Assembly: GCA_038326325.1 (NCBI GenBank)
Contig: JBBQJW010000004.1
Location: 57,417 to 121,416, forward strand
Source of the DNA: Chitinophagales bacterium
Lineage (GTDB): Bacteria; Bacteroidota; Bacteroidia; Chitinophagales; UBA10324
DNA: 64,000 nucleotides
Direction of reading: 5' to 3'
Shown: piece by piece, positions 37,867-47,570 of the stretch
How positions within the stretch are numbered: position 1 is the first letter of the stretch
How the letters are laid out: every line of letters begins with the position of its first letter
The notes under the pieces: generated by a model
Seen by the model: only the letters and a program-made list of their open reading frames with translations
What the model was told of the DNA's origin: nothing
The model's database searches: none
Program-made: the position numbers and the translations under genes

Positions 37867-38778
37867 CTAATATTGCGGATAAAACTCAAACTCACGCTCA
37901 ATAATATAAACGGGGTTTCCGGTAGCATTATACTTTGTTTGTTTTATCCATTTACTTGTTCCAACAAATCCTTCATATAGATAAGTGCATTTGTCAGTAA
38001 TATTTCGGTCGCTATCATATTCGTATTCTCCGGTTCTGTCACCATTTTCATCATATATATTTAAATGTCTAGTGCGCAAACTTCCATCATTATTATAGTC
38101 CCACGATTCCAATAAATCTCTTTTGATAGTATAGTGACGAACGAGTTTCAATTTATTAGCAGAGTTGTAGTAATCATCTTCAATTTGATTTCCATTCGTG
38201 TCATACTTGTATATATCTCTGTATGATAAATTTCCGTTTGCATCCAAATTTTTTTCTTCAATGCGATTTCCTTTTTCATCATACAGATAAAAATATTTCT
38301 CCTTAAGTTTTCCATCAGCTCCAAAAAAATTCCATTCAATAATATTTCCATTTGCATTGTAAACAGCAACACATTTTGATTTTAAAATATTGTCGCCGAT
38401 ATAATTAGTCATCTTTAATTGATTGCCTTTATCATCATAGGTAGTAAGCAATCGCGACTCAACAATTCCGTTTTCACCATAAGTGTTACACTCAATATTA
38501 TTTCCACGCGCATCAAAAATGTAAACTGTTCTTTCCTCTAACCTTCCATCGGCGATATATTTATATTGCTCAGAATTATTTCCAGAGGAATCATATTTAT
38601 AAATCAGAATAGAAATAATGGTGTCCTTCTGAGGTTGACCGGATGTATCTTTTACACTGTATTTGATTTCTCTTTGCAATTTTATTTTGCCTGCAAATGC
38701 CTGAGTCCTTGTTAAACACTGTCCGCGTGAATTATGAAGAAAAAAAATAAAGCTAAGAAGCAGAAAAAAAAATTTCAT
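37867..38778 (-). CDS. Secreted protein made of YD-type repeats (Y.YD..GN)
   Basis: At least 7 copies of Y(K/L/I)YD..GN.(I/L)E spaced about 24 aa apart. There is a signal peptide from the ATG at 38778; the track start at 38787 is a TTG. Confidence 0.6.
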   Translation of the reverse strand: MKFFFLLLSFIFFLHNSRGQCLTRTQAFAGKIKLQREIKYSVKDTSGQPQKDTIISILIYKYDSSGNNSEQYKYIADGRLEERTVYIFDARGNNIECNTYGENGIVESRLLTTYDDKGNQLKMTNYIGDNILKSKCVAVYNANGNIIEWNFFGADGKLKEKYFYLYDEKGNRIEEKNLDANGNLSYRDIYKYDTNGNQIEDDYYNSANKLKLVRHYTIKRDLLESWDYNNDGSLRTRHLNIYDENGDRTGEYEYDSDRNITDKCTYLYEGFVGTSKWIKQTKYNATGNPVYIIEREFEFYPQY

Positions 38779-38906
38779 CGGGGGCAAAGATAAACTTAGT
38801 TGAAAAGAAATTTATTTTCTTGATTTACAAAATGAATGCCGTCAACTACATTCAATTGCTTTGTTCATTTGTCATTTTATTTTCACCTCGCAATGAAACA
38901 GCGAAC

Positions 38907-39515
38907 ATGAAAACTTACCGCATACTCAACCTCGGCGATTCATACACGATTGGCGAATCGGTTCCGTCGGAAGAAAATTTCCCGAATCAGCTCGCGGCGC
39001 TATTAAAAAAATCGGGAATGGAAATTTCTTCTCCTGAAATTATCGCCGTTACAGGTTGGACCACCGATGAACTGATGAATGGTATAAAAGAAAATCAGCC
39101 TTCGCCGCCTTATGATATTGTTACACTATTGATTGGAGTGAATAATCAGTACCGCGGAAAAAGTATGGATGAATACCGGAAAGAATTTCGTGAGTTGCTG
39201 AATCTTGCAATCAGTTATGCAAACAAAAAAGCAAATCATGTTATTGTTATTTCCATTCCCGACTGGGGAGTAATGCCTTTCGCTGAAGGTCGCGACAGAA
39301 ATAAAATTGCGACTGAGATTGATGAATTCAACAAAGTGAATGAAGAAGAGGCGAAAATTTCCGGTTGCCGTTACATCAACATCACGGATATAAGCAGAAA
39401 GGCAACAACTGATTTATCGCTCGCCGCTTCAGATGGTTTGCATCCTTCGGCAAAACAATATTCATTGTGGGTTGAAAAAATATTTCCTGTTGCAAAAGAA
39501 ATTTTATTGAAATAA
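38907..39515 (+). CDS. SGNH/GDSL hydrolase family protein
   Basis: Block I ILNLGDSYTIGES, block III GVNNQ, and block V DGLHPS. The start is uncertain: the ATG at 38832 would add a hydrophobic N-terminus. Confidence 0.75.
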   Translation: MKTYRILNLGDSYTIGESVPSEENFPNQLAALLKKSGMEISSPEIIAVTGWTTDELMNGIKENQPSPPYDIVTLLIGVNNQYRGKSMDEYRKEFRELLNLAISYANKKANHVIVISIPDWGVMPFAEGRDRNKIATEIDEFNKVNEEEAKISGCRYINITDISRKATTDLSLAASDGLHPSAKQYSLWVEKIFPVAKEILLK

Positions 39516-39560
39516 TTTTTTCTGTCCGTCGCGGATTATTTTTCGCAATCAATAAATTCA

Positions 39561-40316
39561 ATGACAACAACTTTTATTACGGGCGCAACATCGGGATTCG
39601 GAGAAGCAATTGCAAAACGATTCGCCTCTGAAGGTCATCGTATAATTATTTGCGGAAGACGAAAAGAAAAATTAACCGCACTCAAAAATTTCATTACCGC
39701 TGAATTCAAAACTGAAGTCGCGACTTTGTGTTTCGACATCCAGAAGAAATCAGAAGTAAAAGACGCTGTAACATCTTTATCCGACGATTGGAAAAACATT
39801 GATGTGTTGGTGAACAACGCCGGCAACGCGCATGGTTTCGATTCAATTGAAGACGGTTCGCTCGATGATTGGGACGCGATGATTGACACCAACCTGAAGG
39901 GATTATTGTATGTAACAAAAGCGGTGCTGCCATTGATGAAGCAAAGTGGCAACCCATATATTTTCAATATTGGTTCCACCGCCGGAAAATATGTTTACGA
40001 AAAAGGAAATGTTTATTGTGCCACCAAATTTGCTGTCGACGCGCTTTCGCAAGCGATGCGAATTGATTTACTGAAAAAGAAAATTCGTGTAACAGTCATT
40101 CATCCCGGCGCCGCCGAAACCGAATTTTCATTGGTGCGATTGAAAGGCGACACGGAGAAAGCGAAAAGCGTTTACAAAGGTTTCACTCCGTTGTCGGCGA
40201 ATGACATCGCCGATGTCATCAGTTACTGTTACAGTACGCCCGTTCATGTGAACATCAACGAAATGGTGATCGTGCCGACCGCGCAGGCGAATCCCTTTTA
40301 CATCAACCGCGAATGA
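39561..40316 (+). CDS. SDR family NAD(P)-dependent oxidoreductase (YdfG-like)
   Basis: TGATSGFG cofactor motif, NNAG, and catalytic YCATKFA. Confidence 0.9.
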   Translation: MTTTFITGATSGFGEAIAKRFASEGHRIIICGRRKEKLTALKNFITAEFKTEVATLCFDIQKKSEVKDAVTSLSDDWKNIDVLVNNAGNAHGFDSIEDGSLDDWDAMIDTNLKGLLYVTKAVLPLMKQSGNPYIFNIGSTAGKYVYEKGNVYCATKFAVDALSQAMRIDLLKKKIRVTVIHPGAAETEFSLVRLKGDTEKAKSVYKGFTPLSANDIADVISYCYSTPVHVNINEMVIVPTAQANPFYINRE

Positions 40317-41431
40317 AAAAAATATTCGTCTTCATTCTTTGTTTGTGTTTCGTAGCTGAAAAAATTTCCGCGCAGTCGTTAGTGTTACAGACACTCGGTT
40401 CGCTTCAACCTTATTGCAATGAATCTTCCGGGCTCGAGCAAACCGATTCAACAACTGTTTGGTCGCACAATGACAGTGGAGGAAAACCTACGCTTTACCA
40501 TTTTTCCCTAACCGGACAATTACTCGATTCTGTTACAGTTGGTAACGCGACGAATGTTGATTGGGAAGATCTCGCCAATGACCACAATGGAACACTATTC
40601 ATCGGTGATTTCGGAAATAATAACTGCGACCGAACTAACCTGAGAATCTATCGCGTGTCAACTTACGCGATGCTTTCAGGGGCGGATACCATTTACGCCG
40701 ATACCATTTCTTTTTCTTATCCTGATCAAATCGCGTTTCCTCCATCAGGAGCGAATCTGAATTTCGATTGCGAAGCGATGATTTATTCAGGCGATTCGCT
40801 TTATCTGTTTTCAAAAAACATTTCAACTTCAAACAGCACGGGATTCACGAAATGTTATCGCCTTCCCTCATCACCCGGAAATTATGTCGCTGAATTGATT
40901 GATAGTTTTCATACTGGAACATACATCACATCCGCTGATATTACTGTAGATGATTCATCGCTCGTGTTACTCGCGTACACTTCCGTTTTTATTTTCCGCG
41001 GGTTTCAGAATCACGATTTTTTTTCCGTTACACCGCAGGTCTCGACCTTTTCCGGCGTGACTCAAAAGGAAGGTGTTCATTGGAAGGACGAGCGACATTT
41101 ATTCATCAGCGACGAACGATTTTTCGGAACGGGCGGAAATTTATATGTCACCGATGTAACATCAGAAATTGAAGCGTCTAAAGGATTAAAAAAAAACTTC
41201 GGGGTCTTTCCCAATCCATCAAACGATCAATTGTCAATCACTTCTATAAGCGTTACCAGCGAAAAATTATCCGCAAGCGTCTTCGACACATTCGGAAGAG
41301 AAATCTTCACCACAACTAATCTAAAATTCCCTTTTCAATTGAATACACATCAGTGGCTGGAGGGAATTTATTTCATCCGTATTACTTCTCCCTCTGTGAA
41401 AGAAGAAATTCCGTTTTTAATTCTTCATTAA
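40313..41431 (+). CDS. Hypothetical secreted protein with T9SS C-terminal sorting domain
   Basis: Signal peptide and a C-terminal FGVFPNPSNDQLSI...GIYFIRI tail. Its start overlaps the SDR stop (ATGA). Confidence 0.65.
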   Translation: MKKIFVFILCLCFVAEKISAQSLVLQTLGSLQPYCNESSGLEQTDSTTVWSHNDSGGKPTLYHFSLTGQLLDSVTVGNATNVDWEDLANDHNGTLFIGDFGNNNCDRTNLRIYRVSTYAMLSGADTIYADTISFSYPDQIAFPPSGANLNFDCEAMIYSGDSLYLFSKNISTSNSTGFTKCYRLPSSPGNYVAELIDSFHTGTYITSADITVDDSSLVLLAYTSVFIFRGFQNHDFFSVTPQVSTFSGVTQKEGVHWKDERHLFISDERFFGTGGNLYVTDVTSEIEASKGLKKNFGVFPNPSNDQLSITSISVTSEKLSASVFDTFGREIFTTTNLKFPFQLNTHQWLEGIYFIRITSPSVKEEIPFLILH

Positions 41432-41484
41432 GAATGAATTTCCCACAACCTTTCCACAACACATAAATCATTGGCGCGCTCTAT

Positions 41485-41492
41485 TACATTTG
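41485..41492 (+). promoter_or_regulatory. Candidate -7 box (TAcaTTTG) upstream of carB
   Basis: Exact TAnnTTTG, 115 nt upstream of the carB ATG. Confidence 0.25.
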
Positions 41493-41606
41493 TCGCCTGA
41501 GATGAAAGGAAAAAATTATTGCCGCTCAGAGAGAAATTTATCGCCTCTGAATTTCATTTTCAACTTTCACGCTTTTAAAATTTTCTCAACTTTCCAACCA
41601 TAATAA

Positions 41607-44426
41607 ATGGCAAGAGATACAAGCATAAAATCAGTCCTCATCATTGGTAGCGGCCCCATCATCATTGGTCAGGCATGCGAATTTGATTACTCGGGAACAC
41701 AAGCGTCTCGTTCATTGCGCGAAGAAGGAATCGAAGTGTCGCTCATCAACAGCAACCCGGCTACCATCATGACCGACCCTGTAACAGCCGACCATATTTA
41801 TTTATTACCCCTCACCGTCGAAAGCATTATTCAGATTCTGGAAGAAAGAAAAATTGACGCCGTGCTTCCAACAATGGGCGGACAAACCGCTCTCAATCTC
41901 TGCAAGGAAGCGGATGAAATGGGCGTATGGAAAAAATATAATGTGCGATTGATTGGCGTTGACATTGAAGGAATAGAGCGCGCCGAAAACCGCGAAGTGT
42001 TCCGTCGCCTCATGGGAGAAATCGGTGTTCCCGTCGCGCCTTCAAGAGTCGCTAATTCCATGTTGGAAGGAAAAGAGATCGCGCAGGAGATTGGTTTTCC
42101 ATTGGTGATTCGTCCTTCATATACGCTCGGTGGTTCGGGCGGCGGCTTCGTTCACAAGAAAGAAGAATTCGACGCGGCGCTTGAGCGCGGACTGAAAGCT
42201 TCTCCCACTCACGAAGTATTAGTAGAGCGTGCTGTTCTTGGTTGGAAAGAATTTGAACTGGAATTATTGCGCGACAGCGCCGATAATGTGTGCATCATTT
42301 GTACGGTTGAAAATTTTGACCCGATGGGTGTTCACACAGGTGACTCCATCACTTGTGCGCCCGCAATGACATTGAGTGACACGGCGTATCAGCGCATGCG
42401 CGACATGGCGATCAAGATGATGCGCAGCATGGGGAATTTTGCAGGCGGTTGCAATGTGCAATTCGCACTCGACCCTGAGACTGAAGATTTATTAGCGGTA
42501 GAAATTAATCCGCGCGTGTCGCGTTCATCAGCGCTCGCTTCGAAAGCGACCGGTTATCCGATTGCTAAGATTGCCGCGAAGTTGGCGATAGGTTATCGCC
42601 TCGATGAATTACAAAATCAAATCACGAAAACCACTTCAGCGTATTTCGAACCCGCATTGGATTATGTGGTCGTAAAAATTCCGCGCTGGAATTTCGACAA
42701 GTTTCCCGGAGCCGACGAAACACTCGGACTGCAAATGAAATCAGTGGGTGAAGTAATGAGCATTGGCAGAACTTTTATCGAGGCGTTACAGAAAGCGTGT
42801 CAGAGTCTGGAGAATGATTCAATCGGTCTCGGAGCTGATGGAAAATTGTACAGCAAAAAATCAGAAGAAGTTTTAGATCGCATTCAGCATCCGAGTTGGG
42901 ATCGGTTATTCAGAATAAAAGACGCGCTCACGCTCGGTGTATCAGTCAAGACCATTCAGAAACTCACGCTCATTGACCCGTGGTTTCTCGACCAGATAAA
43001 TCAATTGGTAAAAACAGAAACAGAGTTGCGCAAATTCAATTTGCAAAATGTGCCGAAAGATGTATTGCTCGAAGCGAAACAAATGGGTTACTCCGATTCG
43101 CAACTCGCTTTTCTCTTCACCAACTGTACCGACGATGATGTTTACGCGAAGCGAAAAGAGTTAGGCGTCAAACGCACTTACAAATTAGTCGACACCTGCG
43201 CCGCCGAATTCGAAGCGCGCACTCCTTACTACTATTCCTCTTTCGAAAGCGAAAACGAAAGCGCTGTTACAGATAAGAAAAAAATTATTGTTTTAGGTTC
43301 AGGTCCAAACAGAATCGGGCAGGGAATTGAATTCGATTACTGCTGCGTGCACGGGCTTATCGCCATTCGTGAGTGTGGTTACGAAGCCATCATGATCAAC
43401 TGCAATCCCGAAACCGTCTCTACTGATTTCGACATCGCTGATAAATTGTATTTCGAACCCGTGTATTGGGAACACCTGATTGAAATTATTGAAATGGAAA
43501 AACCCGAAGGTGTGATTGTGCAACTCGGCGGACAAACCGCGCTCAAACTCGCGAAGCGCCTTAACGCAAACGGAATAAAAATTATTGGAACAAGTTTCGA
43601 GAACATGGATATTGCCGAAGACCGCGGCGCGTTTTCAGATTTACTTAAAGAATTGGAAATTCCATATCCCGAATACGGAGTCGCGATGAATGTTGACGAA
43701 GCCGTGGAAGTCGCGCACCGCATAGGTTATCCGGTGCTCGTTCGCCCGAGTTATGTGTTGGGAGGTCAGCGCATGCGCATCGTCATAAATGATGAAGAAT
43801 TGGAAACCGCCGTGTTGAAATTGCTCAAGCACATGCCGGGAAATAAAATTCTCATTGACCACTTTCTCGACCGTGCCGAAGAAGCCGAGATTGATTGCAT
43901 TTGCGACGGCGAAGATGTTCATGTGATGGGAGTGATGGAACACATTGAACCCGCTGGCATTCATAGCGGCGACAGTAGCGCCGTTCTTCCGTCATTCGAT
44001 TTACCTTTTGAGGTGGTTGACAAGATGGTGGAGTATGCGGGAAAAATTGCGCGCGCCATAAAAATCAAGGGGCTCATCAACATTCAGTACGCGATAAAAA
44101 AAGGAAAAGTATATGTGATTGAAGCGAACCCTCGCGCATCGCGCACCACACCGTTCATAGCCAAGGCGTACCAGATTCCGTACCTCAACATCGCTACTAA
44201 AGTTATGCTCGGCGAAAAGAAAATCAGCGACTTCAAGTACGACCGCAAGCTCACCGGCTACGCCATCAAGCAACCCGTTTTCTCGTTCGATAAATTTCCG
44301 AATGTCAACAAAGAACTCGGCCCCGAAATGAAATCAACCGGCGAAGCCATCATCTTCATCAAAGATTTATACGACCCCTTCTTCCGCACATTGTACAAGG
44401 AGAAGAGTATGTATCTAAGCAGGTAG
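41607..44426 (+). CDS. carB: Carbamoyl-phosphate synthase large subunit
   Basis: 939 aa with duplicated ATP-grasp halves (IIGSGPIIIGQACEFDYSG and VLGSGPNRIGQGIEFDYC). No C-terminal MGS-like extension beyond about 940 aa. Confidence 0.95.
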   Translation: MARDTSIKSVLIIGSGPIIIGQACEFDYSGTQASRSLREEGIEVSLINSNPATIMTDPVTADHIYLLPLTVESIIQILEERKIDAVLPTMGGQTALNLCKEADEMGVWKKYNVRLIGVDIEGIERAENREVFRRLMGEIGVPVAPSRVANSMLEGKEIAQEIGFPLVIRPSYTLGGSGGGFVHKKEEFDAALERGLKASPTHEVLVERAVLGWKEFELELLRDSADNVCIICTVENFDPMGVHTGDSITCAPAMTLSDTAYQRMRDMAIKMMRSMGNFAGGCNVQFALDPETEDLLAVEINPRVSRSSALASKATGYPIAKIAAKLAIGYRLDELQNQITKTTSAYFEPALDYVVVKIPRWNFDKFPGADETLGLQMKSVGEVMSIGRTFIEALQKACQSLENDSIGLGADGKLYSKKSEEVLDRIQHPSWDRLFRIKDALTLGVSVKTIQKLTLIDPWFLDQINQLVKTETELRKFNLQNVPKDVLLEAKQMGYSDSQLAFLFTNCTDDDVYAKRKELGVKRTYKLVDTCAAEFEARTPYYYSSFESENESAVTDKKKIIVLGSGPNRIGQGIEFDYCCVHGLIAIRECGYEAIMINCNPETVSTDFDIADKLYFEPVYWEHLIEIIEMEKPEGVIVQLGGQTALKLAKRLNANGIKIIGTSFENMDIAEDRGAFSDLLKELEIPYPEYGVAMNVDEAVEVAHRIGYPVLVRPSYVLGGQRMRIVINDEELETAVLKLLKHMPGNKILIDHFLDRAEEAEIDCICDGEDVHVMGVMEHIEPAGIHSGDSSAVLPSFDLPFEVVDKMVEYAGKIARAIKIKGLINIQYAIKKGKVYVIEANPRASRTTPFIAKAYQIPYLNIATKVMLGEKKISDFKYDRKLTGYAIKQPVFSFDKFPNVNKELGPEMKSTGEAIIFIKDLYDPFFRTLYKEKSMYLSR

Positions 44427-44432
44427 TGTAAC

Positions 44433-44467
44433 AGTTGACAGTAAGCAATTGGCAGTTTACAGTATTT
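44433..44467. repeat. Heptad array AGTTGRC-like x5 (degenerate)
   Basis: AGTTGAC|AGTAAGC|AATTGGC|AGTTTAC|AGTATTT immediately after the carB stop. Confidence 0.45.
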
Positions 44468-44481
44468 GCTTCAACTTGTCG

Positions 44482-44557
44482 TTGCGAAAAAGTTGTAATC
44501 AACTTTTGAAGCAATCTATAATAGTCACACGCTGTCATGCTGAGCTTGTCGAAGCAT
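44482..44557. repeat. Two REP-like hairpin modules
   Basis: Module 2 is TTGCg-AAAAGTTG-taat-CAACTTTT-gaa-GCAA (44482-44514). Module 1 is GTCATGCTGAGCTTGTCGAAGCAT with an ATGCT/AGCAT stem (44534-44557). Related modules occur at 55333-55398. Confidence 0.5.
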
Positions 44558-44600
44558 TTTTTTGGGGAAAAGAATAACTGTAACAGTCAGCACATAACTA

Positions 44601-44635
44601 AGCCTAATAACCAAAAACTATTAACTAAAAACTAA
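44601..44635. repeat. Heptad array WWAACTA-like x5
   Basis: AGCCTAA|TAACCAA|AAACTAT|TAACTAA|AAACTAA. Confidence 0.45.
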
Positions 44636-44772
44636 GAGCGGGTGCATTGGGAGGAAATGCACAGCTATATATTCTTTTTTTGATGGAGTGTTAGTGTAAC
44701 AGTCAAAGTCAATCCCCAAAAATAGGTTTTGCGTTTGAGCTAATCAATTGCCTCCAACTTTAATTAAAAAAA

Positions 44773-44800
44773 CCCTTTCGTTTTGCGAAAGGGTTTTTTT
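44773..44800. terminator. Bidirectional intrinsic terminator
   Basis: CCCTTTCG-ttttg-CGAAAGGG stem flanked by an A-run (5') and a T-run (3'), between convergent carB and the small lipoprotein gene. Confidence 0.7.
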
Positions 44801-44866
44801 AAAATTTTAAGTTGATCAACTTTTTATCAATCCGACCGGATCCATTAAGCCGGACTAACTATCAAC

Positions 44867-45049
44867 TTACATTTTGTGCATAGTGTCAACTTTAGAAGTG
44901 TCAACAGGAACAACATTAACTGAATCAACAGCCATTGTTTCAGTTGTCATTGCAGTTGAATCAGCTCCTTCAGTTCCTTCAGTTTTTGAATTGCATGCAG
45001 CGAGGGATACTACAGCCACAGCAGCCAGGATGGTGAAAATTTTTTTCAT
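44867..45049 (-). CDS. Small lipoprotein (60 aa)
   Basis: MKKIFTILAAVAVVSLAACNSK is a classical lipoprotein signal. A terminator lies downstream. Confidence 0.5.
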   Translation of the reverse strand: MKKIFTILAAVAVVSLAACNSKTEGTEGADSTAMTTETMAVDSVNVVPVDTSKVDTMHKM

Positions 45050-45112
45050 TTTGGGTTTAAATTTTTAATGTGTGCAAAAATAATCATGTTTATATACCCT
45101 GCAAGCAAGCAA

Positions 45113-46417
45113 TTACTTTTTTCGGAAATATATCTGAATGGGGGCACCATGAAAATCAAAATGTTTACGAATCTGATTCTCTAAAAAGTTTCGATAGGGT
45201 TCTCTGATTTCAGTCGGGTGATTACAGAAAAAAGCAAACGCAGGAAAGTGTGTCGGTAATTGAGTCATGTATTTAATCTTCACATAATTTCCTCTGTAAG
45301 ATGGTGGAGGTGTAGCTTCAATCACTTTTCCCATCACATCATTTAACTCAGATGTTGAGATTTTTCGTTTGCGGTTTTCGTGAACTTTAATAGCTTCTTC
45401 AATCACTTTAAAAATTCGTTGCTTCTCAATTACCGATGTGAAAATGATGGGCACATCCTGAAATGGAGCAATGCGATGATGAATACTTTCTTCAAAAACC
45501 TTAGTGGACTTTGTATTCTTCTCAACCAAATCCCACTTGTTCACTACAATCACAATCCCCTTTTTCTTTTTTTCAGCCATTGCGAAAATATTCAGGTCTT
45601 GTCCCTCAATACCCATTGTTGCATCAATCATGAGCACAATAACATCTGCTTCATCCATTGCTTTGATAGCACGAATCACAGAATAATATTCAAGATACTC
45701 ATGCACTTTGGCTTTTTTTCGAATGCCTGCGGTGTCAACTAAATAAAATTCTTTATGAAAAAGATTGTAGTAAGTGTGAATGGAATCGCGAGTGGTTCCG
45801 GCAATATCTGTTACAATATTTCTATCCTGACCAAGCATTGCATTAACCATCGAACTTTTTCCAACATTTGGTTGACCAACAATTGCAAAACGAGGTATAT
45901 CAGCTTTTAAAACTTCTGCTTCATCGTCAATGTTTGCGACCACTTCATCTAATAATTCTCCGGTTCCGCTTCCACTGATTGATGCAATGAAAAATACATC
46001 TTCAAAACCGAGACTATAAAATTCGTTTGCTAATAATTGTCTTTCACCGTTGTCAACTTTATTTACTGCAACCAATATTTTTTTATTAGTACGACGAAGC
46101 ATGTTAGCGATATCCAATTCCAAATCTGTGATGCCGCATGTAACATCCATCACAAACAAAATAACATTGGCTTCATCAATGGCTATTTCAACCTGCTTTC
46201 TTATTTCTGATTCGAATACATCTTCAGAGTGTGTAACGAAACCACCTGTGTCTATCAGATTAAAAGTTTTTCCGTTCCATTCTGCAATACCGTAAAGTCG
46301 GTCGCGTGTAACACCACTTAAATCATCCACTATTGCCATGCGTTCACCAACTAATCTGTTGTAAAGAGTTGACTTTCCTACATTCGGTCGCCCGACTATT
46401 GCTACAGTATTATTCAT
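45113..46417 (-). CDS. der: Ribosome biogenesis GTPase Der (EngA)
   Basis: Two tandem GTPase domains (GRPNVGKST and GQPNVGKSS, DTGG/DTAG, NKVD/NKWD) plus a KH-like C-terminus. Confidence 0.95.
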   Translation of the reverse strand: MNNTVAIVGRPNVGKSTLYNRLVGERMAIVDDLSGVTRDRLYGIAEWNGKTFNLIDTGGFVTHSEDVFESEIRKQVEIAIDEANVILFVMDVTCGITDLELDIANMLRRTNKKILVAVNKVDNGERQLLANEFYSLGFEDVFFIASISGSGTGELLDEVVANIDDEAEVLKADIPRFAIVGQPNVGKSSMVNAMLGQDRNIVTDIAGTTRDSIHTYYNLFHKEFYLVDTAGIRKKAKVHEYLEYYSVIRAIKAMDEADVIVLMIDATMGIEGQDLNIFAMAEKKKKGIVIVVNKWDLVEKNTKSTKVFEESIHHRIAPFQDVPIIFTSVIEKQRIFKVIEEAIKVHENRKRKISTSELNDVMGKVIEATPPPSYRGNYVKIKYMTQLPTHFPAFAFFCNHPTEIREPYRNFLENQIRKHFDFHGAPIQIYFRKK

Positions 46418-47298
46418 TTATATCCAAGTTGCTTTAATATTAATTTATTGTTTCTCCAGTTGTCTTTCACTTTCACGGTGAGTTCTAAAAATATTTTTTT
46501 TCCTAAAAATTTCTCGGTTTCCTCACGCGCCGCTATTCCTAATTTTTTTATCGCGCTTCCGCCTTTCCCCAACAAAATCGCTTTCTGGCTTTCGCGCTCG
46601 ACAAAGATGCTCGACAAAATGCGAATGATTTTTTCATCTTCTTTAAACTCTGTTACAATCACCTCGCTTGAGTATGGAATTTCTTCTCTGAACTGTTCGA
46701 ATATTTTTTCACGAACAATTTCTGAAACAATGAATCGCTGCGATTTATCGGTGAGTTCATCTTCAGTAAAATAAGGGGGATTTTCAGGGAGCAATTCGAT
46801 AATTCGTTCTTTCAGTTTTTGAATATTTATTTCTTTCAATGCTGAAACAGGAATCATTTCTTCAATCCCGAAAAATAATTTCCATTTATTAAGTGCTGCT
46901 AAAATTTCTTCTTCGGTTTTGAAATAATCAACTTTGTTAAGAATGAAAAGTTTTGGTTTTTTCAAACCATTCATTAACTCGGCATTGCTTGCCCACTCTT
47001 CTTCCTTTTCAAAAACACTTATCACGGGAATTACTAAATCAGCATCTTCAACAGCACTGTTTACTTCTTCCATCATTGACTTATGTAATTCGTATTTCGG
47101 TTGAAGCAATCCAGGAGTATCAGAAAAAACAATCTGGAAATTTTCTTCAGTTAAAATTCCTTTGATTCGATGTCGTGTAGTTTGCACTTTGGATGAAACA
47201 ATAGAAATCTTCTCTCCAAGAAAAGCATTCATCAGAGTGGATTTACCCGCATTCGGATTACCCATCAACATCACAAAACCGGCTAGGTGTTTTTTCAT
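46414..47298 (-). CDS. era: GTPase Era
   Basis: GNPNAGKSTL, DTPG, NKVD and a C-terminal KH domain (ILLGKGGSAIKKLG). It overlaps the der start by 4 nt. I prefer the ATG at 47298 to the TTG at 47307. Confidence 0.95.
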   Translation of the reverse strand: MKKHLAGFVMLMGNPNAGKSTLMNAFLGEKISIVSSKVQTTRHRIKGILTEENFQIVFSDTPGLLQPKYELHKSMMEEVNSAVEDADLVIPVISVFEKEEEWASNAELMNGLKKPKLFILNKVDYFKTEEEILAALNKWKLFFGIEEMIPVSALKEINIQKLKERIIELLPENPPYFTEDELTDKSQRFIVSEIVREKIFEQFREEIPYSSEVIVTEFKEDEKIIRILSSIFVERESQKAILLGKGGSAIKKLGIAAREETEKFLGKKIFLELTVKVKDNWRNNKLILKQLGYK

Positions 47299-47433
47299 GA
47301 GGCGCAAAAGTCGGTTTTTTCAGCTCATAATTTTTATTTGATAATAATGCGGTTACATTTGCACCCCGCATCAACAAAAAGTTGATACAATTCCAACAAC
47401 AATTTTTCGCTTTAAGTGAGATAAAAGATACAT

Positions 47434-47506
<73 letters not shown>

Positions 47507-47512
47507 CTAAAA

Positions 47513-47554
47513 AGAAACCCTTGAAAGAATTTCCTTTCAAGGGTTTCTTATTTT
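47513..47554. terminator. Long bidirectional terminator hairpin
   Basis: AGAAACCCTTGAAAG-aatttc-CTTTCAAGGGTTTCT, a 15-bp perfect stem, with a flanking A-run and T-run. It sits between the tRNA (+) and the convergent GSIII gene (-). Confidence 0.75.
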
Positions 47555-47570
47555 AAAGATATAGATTTTT

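Noticed and set aside
41432-41606. Leader peptide, attenuator or riboswitch upstream of carB (a 16-codon ORF, MKGKNYCRSERNLSPL, is present)
   Set aside because: I found no terminator/antiterminator hairpins and no recognisable riboswitch core by eye, and the mini-ORF has no Arg or pyrimidine-related codon run.
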